This document shows positions 21,101 to 33,087 of a stretch of DNA of 64,000 bases, piece by piece. Source of the DNA: Corallochytrium limacisporum Hawaii (Eukaryota; Protista; Pluriformea); contig PDIP01000019.1 of assembly GCA_002811645.1 (NCBI GenBank), positions 334,465 to 398,464 on the forward strand, given 5' to 3'. The position numbers were made by a program, and so were the translations under genes. The notes under the pieces were generated by a model. The model worked only from the letters and a program-made list of their open reading frames with translations, had not been told where the DNA came from and ran no database searches. Numbering within the stretch: the stretch's first letter is position 1; each line of letters opens with the position of its first letter.

Positions 21101-22186
21101 CCCTCCACCCCCCCTTCCTTTCGCTGAAATGTATTTTGTCCCGTTCCGGCCCCCCTTTGCAAGCGCGCCTTCGCAGCGCCTCCCCCCTTCCCTCCCCACC
21201 AATTTTTTTCGCCCCTGCCTTTTCCTCTGTGTCGTTTGCGTTCGTTTTCAGCAGTTTTTATTCCAACCCACCCCGTGTCAGCTGACCATCACCACCAGGG
21301 ACCTGAGAGGAAGCGGACGCCCGCAGGGCAAGCCACCAGGGACCAAGAGATCCTCCCCCGTTGAGTCAGTGTCTATTTTTGGGGGAATGGGGCCAGTGAT
21401 CTGTTGCTGCACACTTCGCGCGCTTGGGTATGGCGATTGTACGGCAGAGAGCGGAGCGGGAAGGTGCAGAATTGCCTAGACAGGCAACCTGAAATTTCGG
21501 TTGGGTGGGGCCTGAGGAGTTGGTGCGTGCCGCATGACGGACCTTGCGCAATCTACCAGTACGCATTCCGGACTATGTCTAAATTCTGCATACCATTCCG
21601 TAGTATATAGATATTGTATACGGAATGTTTTGCAACCAAGCGATTGGCCCACGGTTTAAAGTGAGGCTCTCTTACTCCAGCAATTGTTGGGCCCGCCCCC
21701 CCTCCCCCGGCGGGGGGGGGCCGGGGGGTATTGTGTCGCTCGTCATTTTTCTTGAACCCGCACTCGCAGAAAATGCCCAAAACCCATACCACTGGTAGTG
21801 CCCACCGTTATTTTGCCCGGACCGAGCTGTGAATGGGAGTCTATTTTATGGTAACCCACAGCTCGTTCACTCCCCCAAAACCCGGGCTACACGCGTTGTC
21901 GAGGGGCTTTGGAATTTATTGGGTACCATTGTGTCGTCACACAGGTTGTGTCGCCACACCAAGACAGGCACACGCCTCAGTCACACACCAACCACATCCA
22001 AACGATGTGCGCTTGTTCGGACCGTCCACCGAACCCTGCTGTGCCGCTTGGTCGCTGTGCTTGCCAGTACAATTGCTGTGCTGGTTATAAGCTATTCTAG
22101 ATCAGCCGATTTGCAATGGTTCTGTACGCGAATGGATTACACACAAATGTCATAGTCCAGCGCAGTACATCCATTGCTAAAGAAAC

Positions 22187-23191
22187 ATGGCGGGGAGGTA
22201 CGGTCGTAAGCTGCTCGACTTGGTTGAGTCTGTCAATCCCATTGGCCTCAAATACACCCGGGATGCCCTCGCTAAGGAATACCACTTTTTTATGGTCGCC
22301 GGTAAAGAATTCGGCACCGTCCAGCGGGAGGTCGTCCAAGAACTCAGTGAAAGCCAGATCTTCAAACAGACATTCCATGTCGCCGAAGACCGCGTCGAGC
22401 TAGATCCATCTAACGTCATGTCGGTGAAGGAACGTAGCGAGAAGGTGGCGACTCTGCTGAATCACTTGCGGCGTGAGGTGACAGAGGAACGCAAGTACAG
22501 AAATACACCACTGTGTGCTTTGCTTGGATGGCGTGATGAATTATATCCGGTTAACAGTACCTACGGCGCGGAACCGTACCTGCTCATGGAGCGCAGCGCA
22601 ACTGGAATCTTTGGCATCGAAAAGTATGGTGTACATATCAATGGCTGGCTAACGGATCCCGAGAAGGGCATAATGATGTGGTTGGGCCGCCGGGCGCTCG
22701 ATAAGCCAACCTATCCGGGCATGCTGGACCAGATGGCCGCTGGAGGGCTGCCTGTGGGATTAGGTGTAATGGAAAACTTAATCAAAGAATGCTACGAAGA
22801 AGCAGGTATCGCCGAGGAATTGGCTTCTAAGGCTGTTCCTGTGGGCACCGTAAGCTACCAGAATCGCAATGAACGTGGAGTTCATCCAGAGATTCAGTTT
22901 GTTTATGATCTGGAGATGCCGGCCGACTTTGTGCCTCATAACACTGACGGGGAGGTCTGTGAATTCATCTTGGAGCCCATCCACAACGTCCTGGAACGCA
23001 TCTGTAAAGGCGAAGTCAAGGGCAACTCCGGGCTGGTCATCATTGACTTTTGTGTTCGCCGTGGTGTGTTGAACCCGGACGATGAGCCCCATTACTGCAA
23101 CATTGTCACGGCGATGCACACTGGCTGGAACCAACTCGCTTCTGCCTCCGGCCCACGTGAAAAGAACCTCAATGGAGATCATGGTAGTTAA
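22187..23191 (+). CDS. Nudix hydrolase, YJR142W/NUDT20-like (DUF4743 + Nudix)
   Basis: GWRDELYPV, ERSATGIFGI..YGVHING, RRALDKPTYPGMLDQMAAGG, KECYEEAGI and DGEV motifs. Confidence 0.9.
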   Translation: MAGRYGRKLLDLVESVNPIGLKYTRDALAKEYHFFMVAGKEFGTVQREVVQELSESQIFKQTFHVAEDRVELDPSNVMSVKERSEKVATLLNHLRREVTEERKYRNTPLCALLGWRDELYPVNSTYGAEPYLLMERSATGIFGIEKYGVHINGWLTDPEKGIMMWLGRRALDKPTYPGMLDQMAAGGLPVGLGVMENLIKECYEEAGIAEELASKAVPVGTVSYQNRNERGVHPEIQFVYDLEMPADFVPHNTDGEVCEFILEPIHNVLERICKGEVKGNSGLVIIDFCVRRGVLNPDDEPHYCNIVTAMHTGWNQLASASGPREKNLNGDHGS

Positions 23192-24363
23192 CAATACAGA
23201 CCTTCAGAGGTCGACAGTTTGGTAGAAACATGCAACTAACACAAGCCAGCAACGGTGGTCAGTCACGTTCGTCTTGAAACCCTAGGTGCGCATCGTCATG
23301 ATGGAGCCTGTTGGTTTGGGCAATCAACAAGAAGACTCGCATCATGCTTCGGACTTCCCACCTCCCGCACTTTGAATCGCCGGTGCCACCACCCCACTAT
23401 CGCGCACTCTGCGGAGCTCCACATACACGCTGCTAGCAACCAAAACAGGGCCCAGGCAGGAAAGCAGGAATGCCTAAGGTTTAGGTAGGGGCGGTCGGTG
23501 TGTTTCGCTTGGCAAACCCCGGGGAACAGAAACAAAAACCCGATATTGGGTGAACTGTTAATAAATACCACCTGCGGTACAAGCTTTTCCATGTGTTTCT
23601 GTCCCGCGACGATGCCTCGTAGCGGTGGGTTGTTTTCTGCTTTTGGGTTTCTATGTCCACCCTTGGTCGTCCGAAAAGAGGGCGGAACGGAGGAGGGCAT
23701 ATCGCGAGACGGTGACAAACGTTGGAATTGTAATTCGTGCAATCACAGGGCGTCATCGGCCCGGGCCAGCCAAGCAAGGGCCATTTTGTATCCGTGGGCC
23801 TTGGACCCCATCGTTCCGGAACGGAAACGGACCACCAAAGGAGCCGAAAGGGGGGAGGGGCGCCCGGAGAGAACAGGGAGTGCACGGCCGGCCCTCCAAA
23901 CTGCGGCCCTCGGTCTCTCTGCGCGTAGCGCGGGGGAACCCAGTGCTGAAGCAGAGAAAAGTCCCCCGGGGGTTTAGGGGGGGGGCTCCGGGCTCACACC
24001 GAAGGGCGCGGGTGAGTCTCCTCAGTGCAAAGCAGCCGTCCTGGTCCTGACCATTAGGTGTGCTGACGATTCGAGGACGGGTGGGCGGTGGTAAAGGTCT
24101 TTTAGAAGTGGAGGTGATCGTACCTTTCAATCTGAAAACGCAAGTTTAGAAGATTGCATAACATGTTGTTGTCATAGGTGGGTGTTGTTGGAGCAAAGGA
24201 GACACCCGTCGTGACACCAGCATACAACTGGACTTTTCCGGAACAAATACACAGCCACGGACATCATGACATAGTCCATGGCGCTAAACGAATGCTTATC
24301 TTCAAAAAGAACAAACTTACTTCGCCATTGGTTTAGGTTTTTTTGTAAGGAATAATTTCCAAC

Positions 24364-26508
24364 ATGTCGGACAATGGTGGGAGTCAGAGGGCCTCGCTCA
24401 TTTTGCGGGAGAGTTCGGAACAATCTGCGCCAATGATGGCTCTGGCAGAGCGCTTAAAGGATCCAGAGCTGCAATGCAAAGCAAACTGTGGATTCTTTGG
24501 CAATCCTGCATGGCAAGGGTACTGTAGTGTTTGCTACAAGAAGGCCAAAGCAGCGGGAAAACTGGGCCCCGCTGCAGAGCCGTCCACGGAGCGTTCGGTG
24601 AGTGCCACAGAAACGGTGAGTTCGACAGCATTTGGTGGGATTGGCCAGCCCCAGCAAACCAGGCCAGCTCATCTTGGCGTCGAAAGAGCCCACACACCGA
24701 ACAGCATAGCCAGCACAGACAGCAACGACCTCGGGACAATTCTACAAAAGGAATACACACGCACGGAAGAGCAACGGCAGCCCCCACAGGAAGTTGAGCG
24801 GAATCGCACTTTGCAAAGTCCTCGTGCTCACAGTCAATCCAGTAGTCGGCCTACCACACCGCACAGTGTCACCGGTTCTCCGCCGAATGATGGACTTATA
24901 CCGTACCCTGGAAAACAGGGCGGTGCGGCTGGTCAAAGATCGCCCAGTTCCCAAGTTGCCGCCTCTGCACAGGAAGTTGCGGGCCGTTTAGTTGGCATGT
25001 TTGAGCGTTCTGCTGTCCGAGAGTATCTCAACAATTTTACCGGCAGTAACGCACGACAGGCTCCAACCCCGGGCAGCAGTATACAGCCGGAGGATCGGGA
25101 CTCTGCCACCTTCAACAAATTCCTCAAGGTTATGCAGAAGCCACAGGCTCGGGATCTTGTGCAAGAGACAAAAGTGTTCGTTGACTCGATGCTGCGCGAG
25201 CCTGCTGAAGCATCCACACCACAGCAGCAAAGTGAACGAGTGCAGCATTTCCTGGGTACTATCGCTAATCGGCTGCCGAATCATCCCCTGTGGCGAGGAA
25301 GCCGGACAAAGGATATCGAAGAAGCCATGGATGGCTTTGAGCGCTACATTATGATCAAACTGTACAAGCGACTGTATCAACCGCACGGAACTCGGGAAGA
25401 TACCGAGAAGGAGGCTCGCATGTTGCACCAATTCCGCCTTCACCATTGGATTTCGCCAGAAAATCTGGAGATTCAGCTTGAGGACAGTCCTGAAGTGCTC
25501 AACGCTTTGCGCCTGAGCATGGAAGAAATTGCACGTCTGAGCCAGTACAAGGCGCCGCAAGACAAGTTGGAGCGCATTGTTAGCAGCTGCCAGTGGATTT
25601 TCCGCATCATCAAGGCATCACATGACACCGCGGAACGGGAACGCAGTAGGGAGGAAGAAGAAGTCGTTGCCCAGGAGCAGCTGATTGATCTGGATGCCCA
25701 GCCGAACATGGAACTCTCTCCTCGGGCGGATCAGCTCCCCACACGAAAGGCTGTCAGTGCTGACGATTTCCTGCCGCTGCTGATTTATGTGATCATGAAA
25801 ACGGCACCCCGTAACCTGGCCTATAATTTGCAGTTTATTTCTTTGTTTGCCAGTCCGTCCAAGCTGGTTAGTGGCGAAGGTGGCTACCACTTTACCAACG
25901 TGTGTGCTGCAGTTAACTTTATTGAGAACATTTCGTACGAGAAGCTATCAGGTATTGACAAGGAAGAATACGACCGGCGGGTCCAGGATACTTTGGACAC
26001 ATTGGCCGAGGATGAGCTCCAAACCGACACTACACCCAGCGGCAATGCCGCAAGCTCGGGTGAAGATCCGAGTGAGTCTTCCGCGGACCAGAACAATCCT
26101 GGCCAACAAAAATCTCAACCGGCGGTCCCGAACGGCCTGCGCCAGAGCGTCAGTGCCAATGGACCCTTGGCATCGGATATTATTCAGGCACGGGAATGGC
26201 AACGAACCCACGGTGAGCAGACCCGCGAGATTCAACACATCAAGTCAACTCTAGCGGAGGCTCGGAACGAGATTCCGGCAGAAGTGACAGCCGAAATGAC
26301 AGCCAGTCCATATGGTGCAGGCACTGAACTTACCAATGAGATGCCCACAGATGAGGAAATGGAAGCTCTGCACCTGGCCATGGCACTGTCCAACTCAATG
26401 GTGGACCTGGGACAGCCGACTCCGGGCAGTCAGAGCAATTCGACTTCCCCTCAGTCAGCCAAGCCTGAATCAGAGGCTCCCACCACCGGAAACCTTATCG
26501 ACTTGTAA
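24364..26508 (+). CDS. RABGEF1: Rab5 GEF Rabex-5-like (A20 zinc finger + VPS9 domain)
   Basis: A20 zinc finger CKANCGFFGNPAWQGYCSVC; VPS9 motifs KAPQDKL, SADDFLPLLIYV and GEGGYHFTN. Confidence 0.92.
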   Translation: MSDNGGSQRASLILRESSEQSAPMMALAERLKDPELQCKANCGFFGNPAWQGYCSVCYKKAKAAGKLGPAAEPSTERSVSATETVSSTAFGGIGQPQQTRPAHLGVERAHTPNSIASTDSNDLGTILQKEYTRTEEQRQPPQEVERNRTLQSPRAHSQSSSRPTTPHSVTGSPPNDGLIPYPGKQGGAAGQRSPSSQVAASAQEVAGRLVGMFERSAVREYLNNFTGSNARQAPTPGSSIQPEDRDSATFNKFLKVMQKPQARDLVQETKVFVDSMLREPAEASTPQQQSERVQHFLGTIANRLPNHPLWRGSRTKDIEEAMDGFERYIMIKLYKRLYQPHGTREDTEKEARMLHQFRLHHWISPENLEIQLEDSPEVLNALRLSMEEIARLSQYKAPQDKLERIVSSCQWIFRIIKASHDTAERERSREEEEVVAQEQLIDLDAQPNMELSPRADQLPTRKAVSADDFLPLLIYVIMKTAPRNLAYNLQFISLFASPSKLVSGEGGYHFTNVCAAVNFIENISYEKLSGIDKEEYDRRVQDTLDTLAEDELQTDTTPSGNAASSGEDPSESSADQNNPGQQKSQPAVPNGLRQSVSANGPLASDIIQAREWQRTHGEQTREIQHIKSTLAEARNEIPAEVTAEMTASPYGAGTELTNEMPTDEEMEALHLAMALSNSMVDLGQPTPGSQSNSTSPQSAKPESEAPTTGNLIDL

Positions 26509-26680
26509 AGCAACGAATGGCGCGTTATTTGATGGTAGGGATATGAAAGTCTGAGCCGTTTGACATACGACTCACTCAGAATGATATTATACGTCTACGT
26601 AATCTATATGTGGCAAACGATGTATTCAGATAAAGGATGGATGTTGGATTACTGTTTCAAGATATGTCCGCTTCGATAGG

Positions 26681-27583
26681 CTAGGTGTTGTCCGTGGTTT
26701 CCGACCCGGAATCCTTCAGATGAACGGATCCACTCTCACTCTCATTGCCGGTCACAACGGTGTCCACAGCAATTACGCTACTCACCCGAGGACCTTGCTC
26801 CTGCTCGTGTCTCCGCTTCTCTTTCTCTTTCTCATCTACCTGCGCCTGTAGTTCCTCCAACTCCGCCCGGAGGGCCTCCACTTTCTTCTTCATTTCCATA
26901 TTGTCGCGCCGGTAGTTCTTTATCAGCTCGTAGTCAATCTCAATGGCGGCAGCGAACCCGTGCAAGACTCTTACCACTCGCCAGAGCATTACCACAATCA
27001 CCACTCCGGCGGCCCTGGCCACGAAGAGCTCTAGAATTAGAGCCACAGTAACGACCACGAAATCTAGGACGTACCAGAAGTGCTTGAAGTAATCCCTACC
27101 GAAGCATATCATCAACAGGATCTGTTCCAGTTCAATAAAGAGCAAGATGCTGATAGAAATGTAAAAAAGCCGATCTTCCACCTCCTCGATTTTGTCCTCT
27201 GGCTCTTCGCAATTAACATGGACGATTGCCTCGGAAATGATCACCACAATATCCATGATCAGCAGAACAACAATGAATAGTTGAAAGGGCATATCTTCCA
27301 GGAAACAACCCAACTCATAGCGGTACTTGTGCCATTGGTTTTTGTCCAGGAGATGGAGTCTCGTGTCAGCTATTCGACGCCGAGACAGTTTGGCTAGCAT
27401 CATGACCAACCATTCGTGCAAACGACCGTGCCGCTTGCGGGCTGTGCCATCGAAAACGTATGAAGAGATATCCTCTTCGTTCATACGAATTTCCTCTTTG
27501 ATCTCTGCATCGTCCTGCAACTGTTCACCCTCTTCCTCTGACACTACTTGTTGGTCGCTTTTAGGATCCTCATGCTCTGACAT
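26681..27583 (-). CDS. HVCN1: Voltage-gated proton channel Hv1-like
   Basis: Four-TM voltage sensor with no pore domain: S1 Asp (LLIMDIV), S2 F..E, S3 LDFVVV, S4 LWRVVRVLHG, and a C-terminal coiled coil. Confidence 0.85.
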   Translation of the reverse strand: MSEHEDPKSDQQVVSEEEGEQLQDDAEIKEEIRMNEEDISSYVFDGTARKRHGRLHEWLVMMLAKLSRRRIADTRLHLLDKNQWHKYRYELGCFLEDMPFQLFIVVLLIMDIVVIISEAIVHVNCEEPEDKIEEVEDRLFYISISILLFIELEQILLMICFGRDYFKHFWYVLDFVVVTVALILELFVARAAGVVIVVMLWRVVRVLHGFAAAIEIDYELIKNYRRDNMEMKKKVEALRAELEELQAQVDEKEKEKRRHEQEQGPRVSSVIAVDTVVTGNESESGSVHLKDSGSETTDNT

Positions 27584-28613
27584 GGCTGGTTGCCCGAATT
27601 TCCCAAGTTCTAACTATCTAATTGGTCCAGTCCTTCTCATATGCACTAACCTTTTCTATTCCTTTACGCGTTAAGTACCTAGCTCCACAGATATCCATTC
27701 AATTTCGTAGCGAGGTCCACAGATATCCGTTCTCTGCAGGTGATGTTCCACGGCACGATGGTTTTTCCACCTCACATAGCTTCCCAAATCCACGGAATTT
27801 TCCTCTCCCCGTTCCTCCCAATTCCTACAGTCCCTACCTCCCCGTCTCAACCCCTCCGCCACCACCACCACCGCTGTCTCTCTCTGTTCCTCGGGGTCCC
27901 GGCTTAGGGGGGCCCCGGGCGATGAAGAAACTCGGGCCCGCCCGTTTCGGCCCACTTTTGAAGGAGGATTCTTCGCACTTGCAGGTATCTCTGTCTCTCT
28001 CGCTCTCTCTCTCTCGCTCTCTGTCTGCCCCTTCTCCCTCCCCCTTCCCCCCCCTCCACCCCTCGCTCTCATTTTTTTTTTCCCCTTTTTTTCCTTGGGT
28101 TGCCCTTTCCTGTGTTCGCCCGGGGGGCTCTCTCTACCCAACGGCCCGGACTGTACAGCCTGGGGCTGGGCTCATCACCCGCCTCTCTGGCCGGTACGCG
28201 GAATGTAGCAGAAGAGAACCCCCCTGCCCGCTGTCTCTCCACCACGGAAGCCAAGAACACACACACGCACACACCACCTCTCTTCCCCGCTGGCCTCACC
28301 ACACGGCGGCTCCGTTACAAAATTTTCACACATTTTTTTTTCTTCTTCTGCTCTCTTTCGTGCCTTCAGCAGCAATGGTGGGGTGATCCAATGGCAATAC
28401 GCCAGGAGAGGCGGCAGGAAAGAGCTTGGTTGGGGGACAGTTGGTGGTGGAGGAATGGGAAATTTTTCTCCCCTCCCCCGGTGTGGTGGTGGCATAGGGA
28501 AAATTTTGGCCCCCGGACTTGCAAAGCGAAAACCGAGTGATTTGGTGCGCGTCTGCCCATCCATCAGGAGGCCATGTCTCTCCATAGTTTCGATCGATGG
28601 CGTGCGCATTATC

Positions 28614-28636
28614 GTGTGTGTGTGTGTGTGTGTGTG
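28614..28636. repeat. (GT)n microsatellite
   Basis: About 11 perfect GT units. Confidence 0.9.
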
Positions 28637-28841
28637 AGTGAATAATGGGACGATGATGGACTATGAATGGGAAAACGCCTGTGTCTCATCTTGGAAATAG
28701 GTTAAGTGAAATGGGACTCGAGATACGATGGAGAGTATGGTGACGAGGAAGATGCCAACTCCCCCGTTCGGACGGTGTACCTTACGGATGACTATTCTAT
28801 TGCTATACATGGGCACGATGTGACTTTGCCACTACTTATAT

Positions 28842-30392
28842 TCAGCCAGTAGGGCTGATGACCTCGAGCTCGTGATTACCAACTCGAAACGGATGCTTCC
28901 GACTGGGCAAATGACCGCCCAAGACCTCAATGAATGTGGAATAGGAACCGATGATGAGCACGACTATACCCAGGCTTATCATTCCCAATGCCACCCATTG
29001 TTCCCGGCGGTTGTCAATGTGTTTCATGGCGCGGTAGTACACCATGCCTGGCATGATGAAAGTGACGTAAGCGCCCAGGGTGGACCCAAAGATGTGGAAA
29101 AGAGTCTCCAGGCTGCTGATGCTTGTGGCTACGACGAAAACGATTGCCGCCGCTCCGGCCATCTCCGTGAAATTAACCCAGTGTTTCAAATCTATGGACG
29201 CCCAGAAAAAGGTCGAATTGAAGATCTTGCGCAAAGGCAGGGCAATTACTGGCAACTTCAGCACATTAACCAGACCAAAGGCTAGCTGGCTCCAGAACAC
29301 AATGTATCCCTTTTGATCGCCACCGCTGAGTACGTCGCCTCTGGTGTGTGAGCCAAAGAGCAGGAAGGCCACGAGACTGAAAAACACGTAGAGCGGCATG
29401 GTCAGGCCGTACATGGCCAAAGCGACCGCCTTGCGGAAGTGATGTTTGGTCTTGCGCGGCATTTCATTGCGCAGAGCGATCACATTGAAATGACAGCAGT
29501 ATGCCAGCGCATGGATCGGCAAAATGAGTGCCATCTCCGAGAGTCCGTTGAAGGGACGGCTATGGACGGCTGAGCCCGCGGGTCCGTCGACCCCCAACTT
29601 GACCGCAAATCCCACAGCAACAACTATGGTCAGCACCAAACCCGCTGTGCTCACGAATCTACTTGCATTCAAGGTCTGTTGCATTGTGAATGGGATGGCC
29701 ACAACACTGACAACGGCCATGACCAGGAACCGATTAGCCACGTAGGGGCCAAGCCACGTATCTCCCAGCAGTGACACCAGGGCTGGCACCAGAAGATCGC
29801 CAGCAATCACCATGATGGCCATATACGCCGCAAACAAGATGAGGATCAAGACAACACGTAGAGTCAGCAATCCCCGTGGCCCGTAACTTGTTTCCATAAG
29901 AGTTTCAAGGTCCGGCACTTTGTACGCAATTGCGGAATTTACCAGCATCATTGCACTCTGATCGCTTATGAATGCAAAACACATTAGCATCAGTGTGCCG
30001 CCGAGCCATCCGCCCTCTCGTATAGTAACTGGCAAACTAAGGATGCTGGAGCCGAGGGCCGTCATGGCCAGGTTCACACTTGTACTCCACACTGTGGCCC
30101 GCGGCTTGTCAATGGGATCGTGGGGAATGGGGTCTTCGTCTCCGAACTCAACGTCACTCATTGAATCAGGAAGACTGCCCCATTCCCGCCGTAGTCGCCC
30201 TCCACCGTTGATTGGCCCGTTCGCATACTCTTCAGATCCGATGCTGCCGTAGCCGTTGGTATTTCCATTGTCGCCCAAGAATTCCTGCCTACGCATGAGT
30301 GGAGAATGCTCTGGCAGGCTGTTCTGTCGGAGGTCCTTGTGGATGCGCGGTGTTGGCGTGTTCTGCCGCCGCTTTTGGTCCACCGCAGACAT
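28842..30392 (-). CDS. Amino acid transporter, AAAP/SLC38 (Aa_trans) family
   Basis: VNLAMTALGSSILSLP, LPIHALAYCCHFNV and GSTLGAYVTFIMPG motifs; about 11 TM segments. Confidence 0.9.
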   Translation of the reverse strand: MSAVDQKRRQNTPTPRIHKDLRQNSLPEHSPLMRRQEFLGDNGNTNGYGSIGSEEYANGPINGGGRLRREWGSLPDSMSDVEFGDEDPIPHDPIDKPRATVWSTSVNLAMTALGSSILSLPVTIREGGWLGGTLMLMCFAFISDQSAMMLVNSAIAYKVPDLETLMETSYGPRGLLTLRVVLILILFAAYMAIMVIAGDLLVPALVSLLGDTWLGPYVANRFLVMAVVSVVAIPFTMQQTLNASRFVSTAGLVLTIVVAVGFAVKLGVDGPAGSAVHSRPFNGLSEMALILPIHALAYCCHFNVIALRNEMPRKTKHHFRKAVALAMYGLTMPLYVFFSLVAFLLFGSHTRGDVLSGGDQKGYIVFWSQLAFGLVNVLKLPVIALPLRKIFNSTFFWASIDLKHWVNFTEMAGAAAIVFVVATSISSLETLFHIFGSTLGAYVTFIMPGMVYYRAMKHIDNRREQWVALGMISLGIVVLIIGSYSTFIEVLGGHLPSRKHPFRVGNHELEVISPTG

Positions 30393-32017
30393 TGTCCTTA
30401 TGTTTGTATGCTGAAGTTGTTCTGCTAATTGTCTAGTTATACGAGTGATATTTCTAACGGTCTGCCCTGCACAAATGACCTATACCATGGTTTCTGGGTC
30501 CTGACCTACTACTATCTACTATTCTCTACTACTCACAATATCTCGCCATGGTAACATACGTAGGTATAATTACAAAGTGATCTCTGTAGTAGTGCTAACA
30601 TCTCCAAATAGCACACCGGGTCTGTCCCCAAAAAGCATCACACTCCGCCCTGCGCGCACCCGCCCAAGAGTCGCACTCGGATCCGCCGCCGCCCCCCCCT
30701 CCAACTCCCCCCTTTTGGACGCCGTTCATCCATCCCGGCAGGAAATTAAGAATTGAACCGTAGAGGAGCAAAAGTCACGCCCAATTTCACCTCCAAAGCA
30801 ATTTTCAAAACAGACACCACCGCCCCCCTTCCCAACCCTTGGTTCTCTTCCCCTTTGGCCACCACCCTACCTCCTCCCCCCCCCCTGGGCGGAAGGTTAC
30901 ACAATAGCACCAGGAAAGCCCTGACACAACCCCCCCCCCCTTCTTCTTCTTCCCCCTTGCAATCGTGTGTGAACCCGGGGTAACCATTAAAGGGCCCACC
31001 TTTTCTAAACCCGTCTCCAGATCTTTGGGGGGGGGGGGGGGGGCGACGGGGACCGACCGATGGCAAGATCATCATATGTCCACAACCGGGTCCAAGCTGT
31101 CGAGCCACCGGCCATCGCGCACCAGCCATTTCTAACAACACACCAAGTCCCGGGGAACGATGTCCAGTACGCTGCTTTTCTAGTGTGTTTGTGTGTGTGT
31201 GTGTGTCCACACAGGGCACAAAGAAACTGCGGTAGTGGCGCGCAGCATGCAAGCAAGCAAAGCAAAGCACCCCGTCCTGGCCGTTACACGGCCCAAAATG
31301 GAGAACACCGCGACAAGAGAAAAAGAGAGAGAGAGAGAGAGAGATAGCGAGGCGCAGGTACAACGCGGCTGACCGGGTGGTTTTTTTCTTCTTCTTTCTT
31401 TTTCAAGCGTCTCGGAAGGCCGGACACTACCAACGTTGAAAACGATGAAAGAAAATGGCCAGTGGGGAGGAGACCAACCAAAGACGCGCCCCGTAACAAA
31501 AATAAAAGAGGAAACCAAGGGAAAAAAAGATAAGAAAACAAAGAAAGGAGAGAAAAAATTTGCCCAGAAGAATTTGTCCGCACTTTTCATTATGAATGTA
31601 TACAAGGAGCCAAGGAAATGAAAAAATTGGGAAAGGAAGAATCGTTGGAAATACCAACAAAAAAAAATTGAAAATGAATTCGCGGCACCTTCGACCCACA
31701 ATGCGCGGGTTGGGTTGGCCTATCTCCCCCCTCCTTCTCTCTCCCTCCTCATTCTTTGCCGGTTTGGGGTATCGCCTTGGTTTCAGTAGTGAATGTATGG
31801 CGAAACGGGTCATACTTTCTTTGGACCATGATTCTTCTTGGGACCCCATGTGGATCTCCCTAAGAATTCACGTCAACTTTCTGCAGTACATTCACTACCG
31901 CGGGTGCCACGGGCCTCCGGACGGGACAAGCGGGTAGGTTGTGCCCCTTCCCCCGCGGGGCGGGGCAAGCACTGGTGTGTGCCGGAGCGGCCATTTCACC
32001 GGGTAAATTCCCCCCCC

Positions 32018-32230
32018 NNNNNNNNNNNNNNNNNNNNNNNNNNNNNNNNNNNNNNNNNNNNNNNNNNNNNNNNNNNNNNNNNNNNNNNNNNNNNNNNNNN
32101 NNNNNNNNNNNNNNNNNNNNNNNNNNNNNNNNNNNNNNNNNNNNNNNNNNNNNNNNNNNNNNNNNNNNNNNNNNNNNNNNNNNNNNNNNNNNNNNNNNNN
32201 NNNNNNNNNNNNNNNNNNNNNNNNNNNNNN
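32018..32230. other. Assembly gap (N run)
   Basis: Run of N in the sequence. Confidence 0.99.
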
Positions 32231-33087
32231 GAGGGGGTGCGGTGGATTTATGCTTAAACCTTCCCTGCTTCTGTTTTCTTGGGGTTTTCTTTTTTTTCTT
32301 TTTTCTTTTTTTTTGGCTATTTTGTGGGAATGGAGGGAGGGGGGGTAATTTTGTGAGCCCTTTGGTTCTTTTTCCTTGGGGTTTCTTTCTTACACAGCTT
32401 CTTTTTTTTTTTCTTTTTTTGCGTCTTTGGCTACTTGGACTAAGGGTCATTTGGTAGCAGAGTGAGACAAATCCCCCCCGCCCTCCCTAAGGATTTGCCT
32501 TTTTATGTTTTTCCTTTTCTTTTTTTTGCTTTTGTTTTTTGCTTCTTTAGTTTTCTCCCCCTTTTTATTTATATTGTCCTTTCGCATCAGCGCCGTGGTC
32601 CGCTAAAGGTTTTTATTCTCTTTGTGGGACAGGGAACGTGCCACGGTGGTCCGATGGCAAAATTGGAACAAAATGCATGATAGCCATGGGAAGAAACCCA
32701 GGTGCTGCATCGAACTTGGGTCGGTCATCCTGCGATTTCACTCTCACACGGACGAACTGCGTACGTACACATTCCTGGAGACATACATACTGCTTTCACA
32801 CTCCGACGTACGTAAGCACAAGACATACGGAGTGACCATGTAAGCCCGCCATGACACATCCATACTCGCTCATTCTGTTGGCCGGGCAACTCTCACTTCT
32901 AGTGCGAGGGATGGGGTGGTGCGGCCGCCCCCTTTTGCCTGGAATGTTCGACAAAGTGCTACAGATGCTGCTAGGTACGTGCTATGATTTTACTACTTAC
33001 TAGGCATATTACTGTACAGAAACAAATTGTTAAGATCCCTCACCCACGGCCACATCTTCGGGTTCTGGCTCTGGCTGCGAATTTCAA

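Noticed and set aside
18400-21800. Many 60-200 aa ORFs in intergenic tracts (also 27600-28640, 30700-32850, 62500-63850)
   Set aside because: They are low-complexity Phe/Leu/Pro/Lys/Gly translations of homopolymer and dinucleotide runs, with no recognisable domains.
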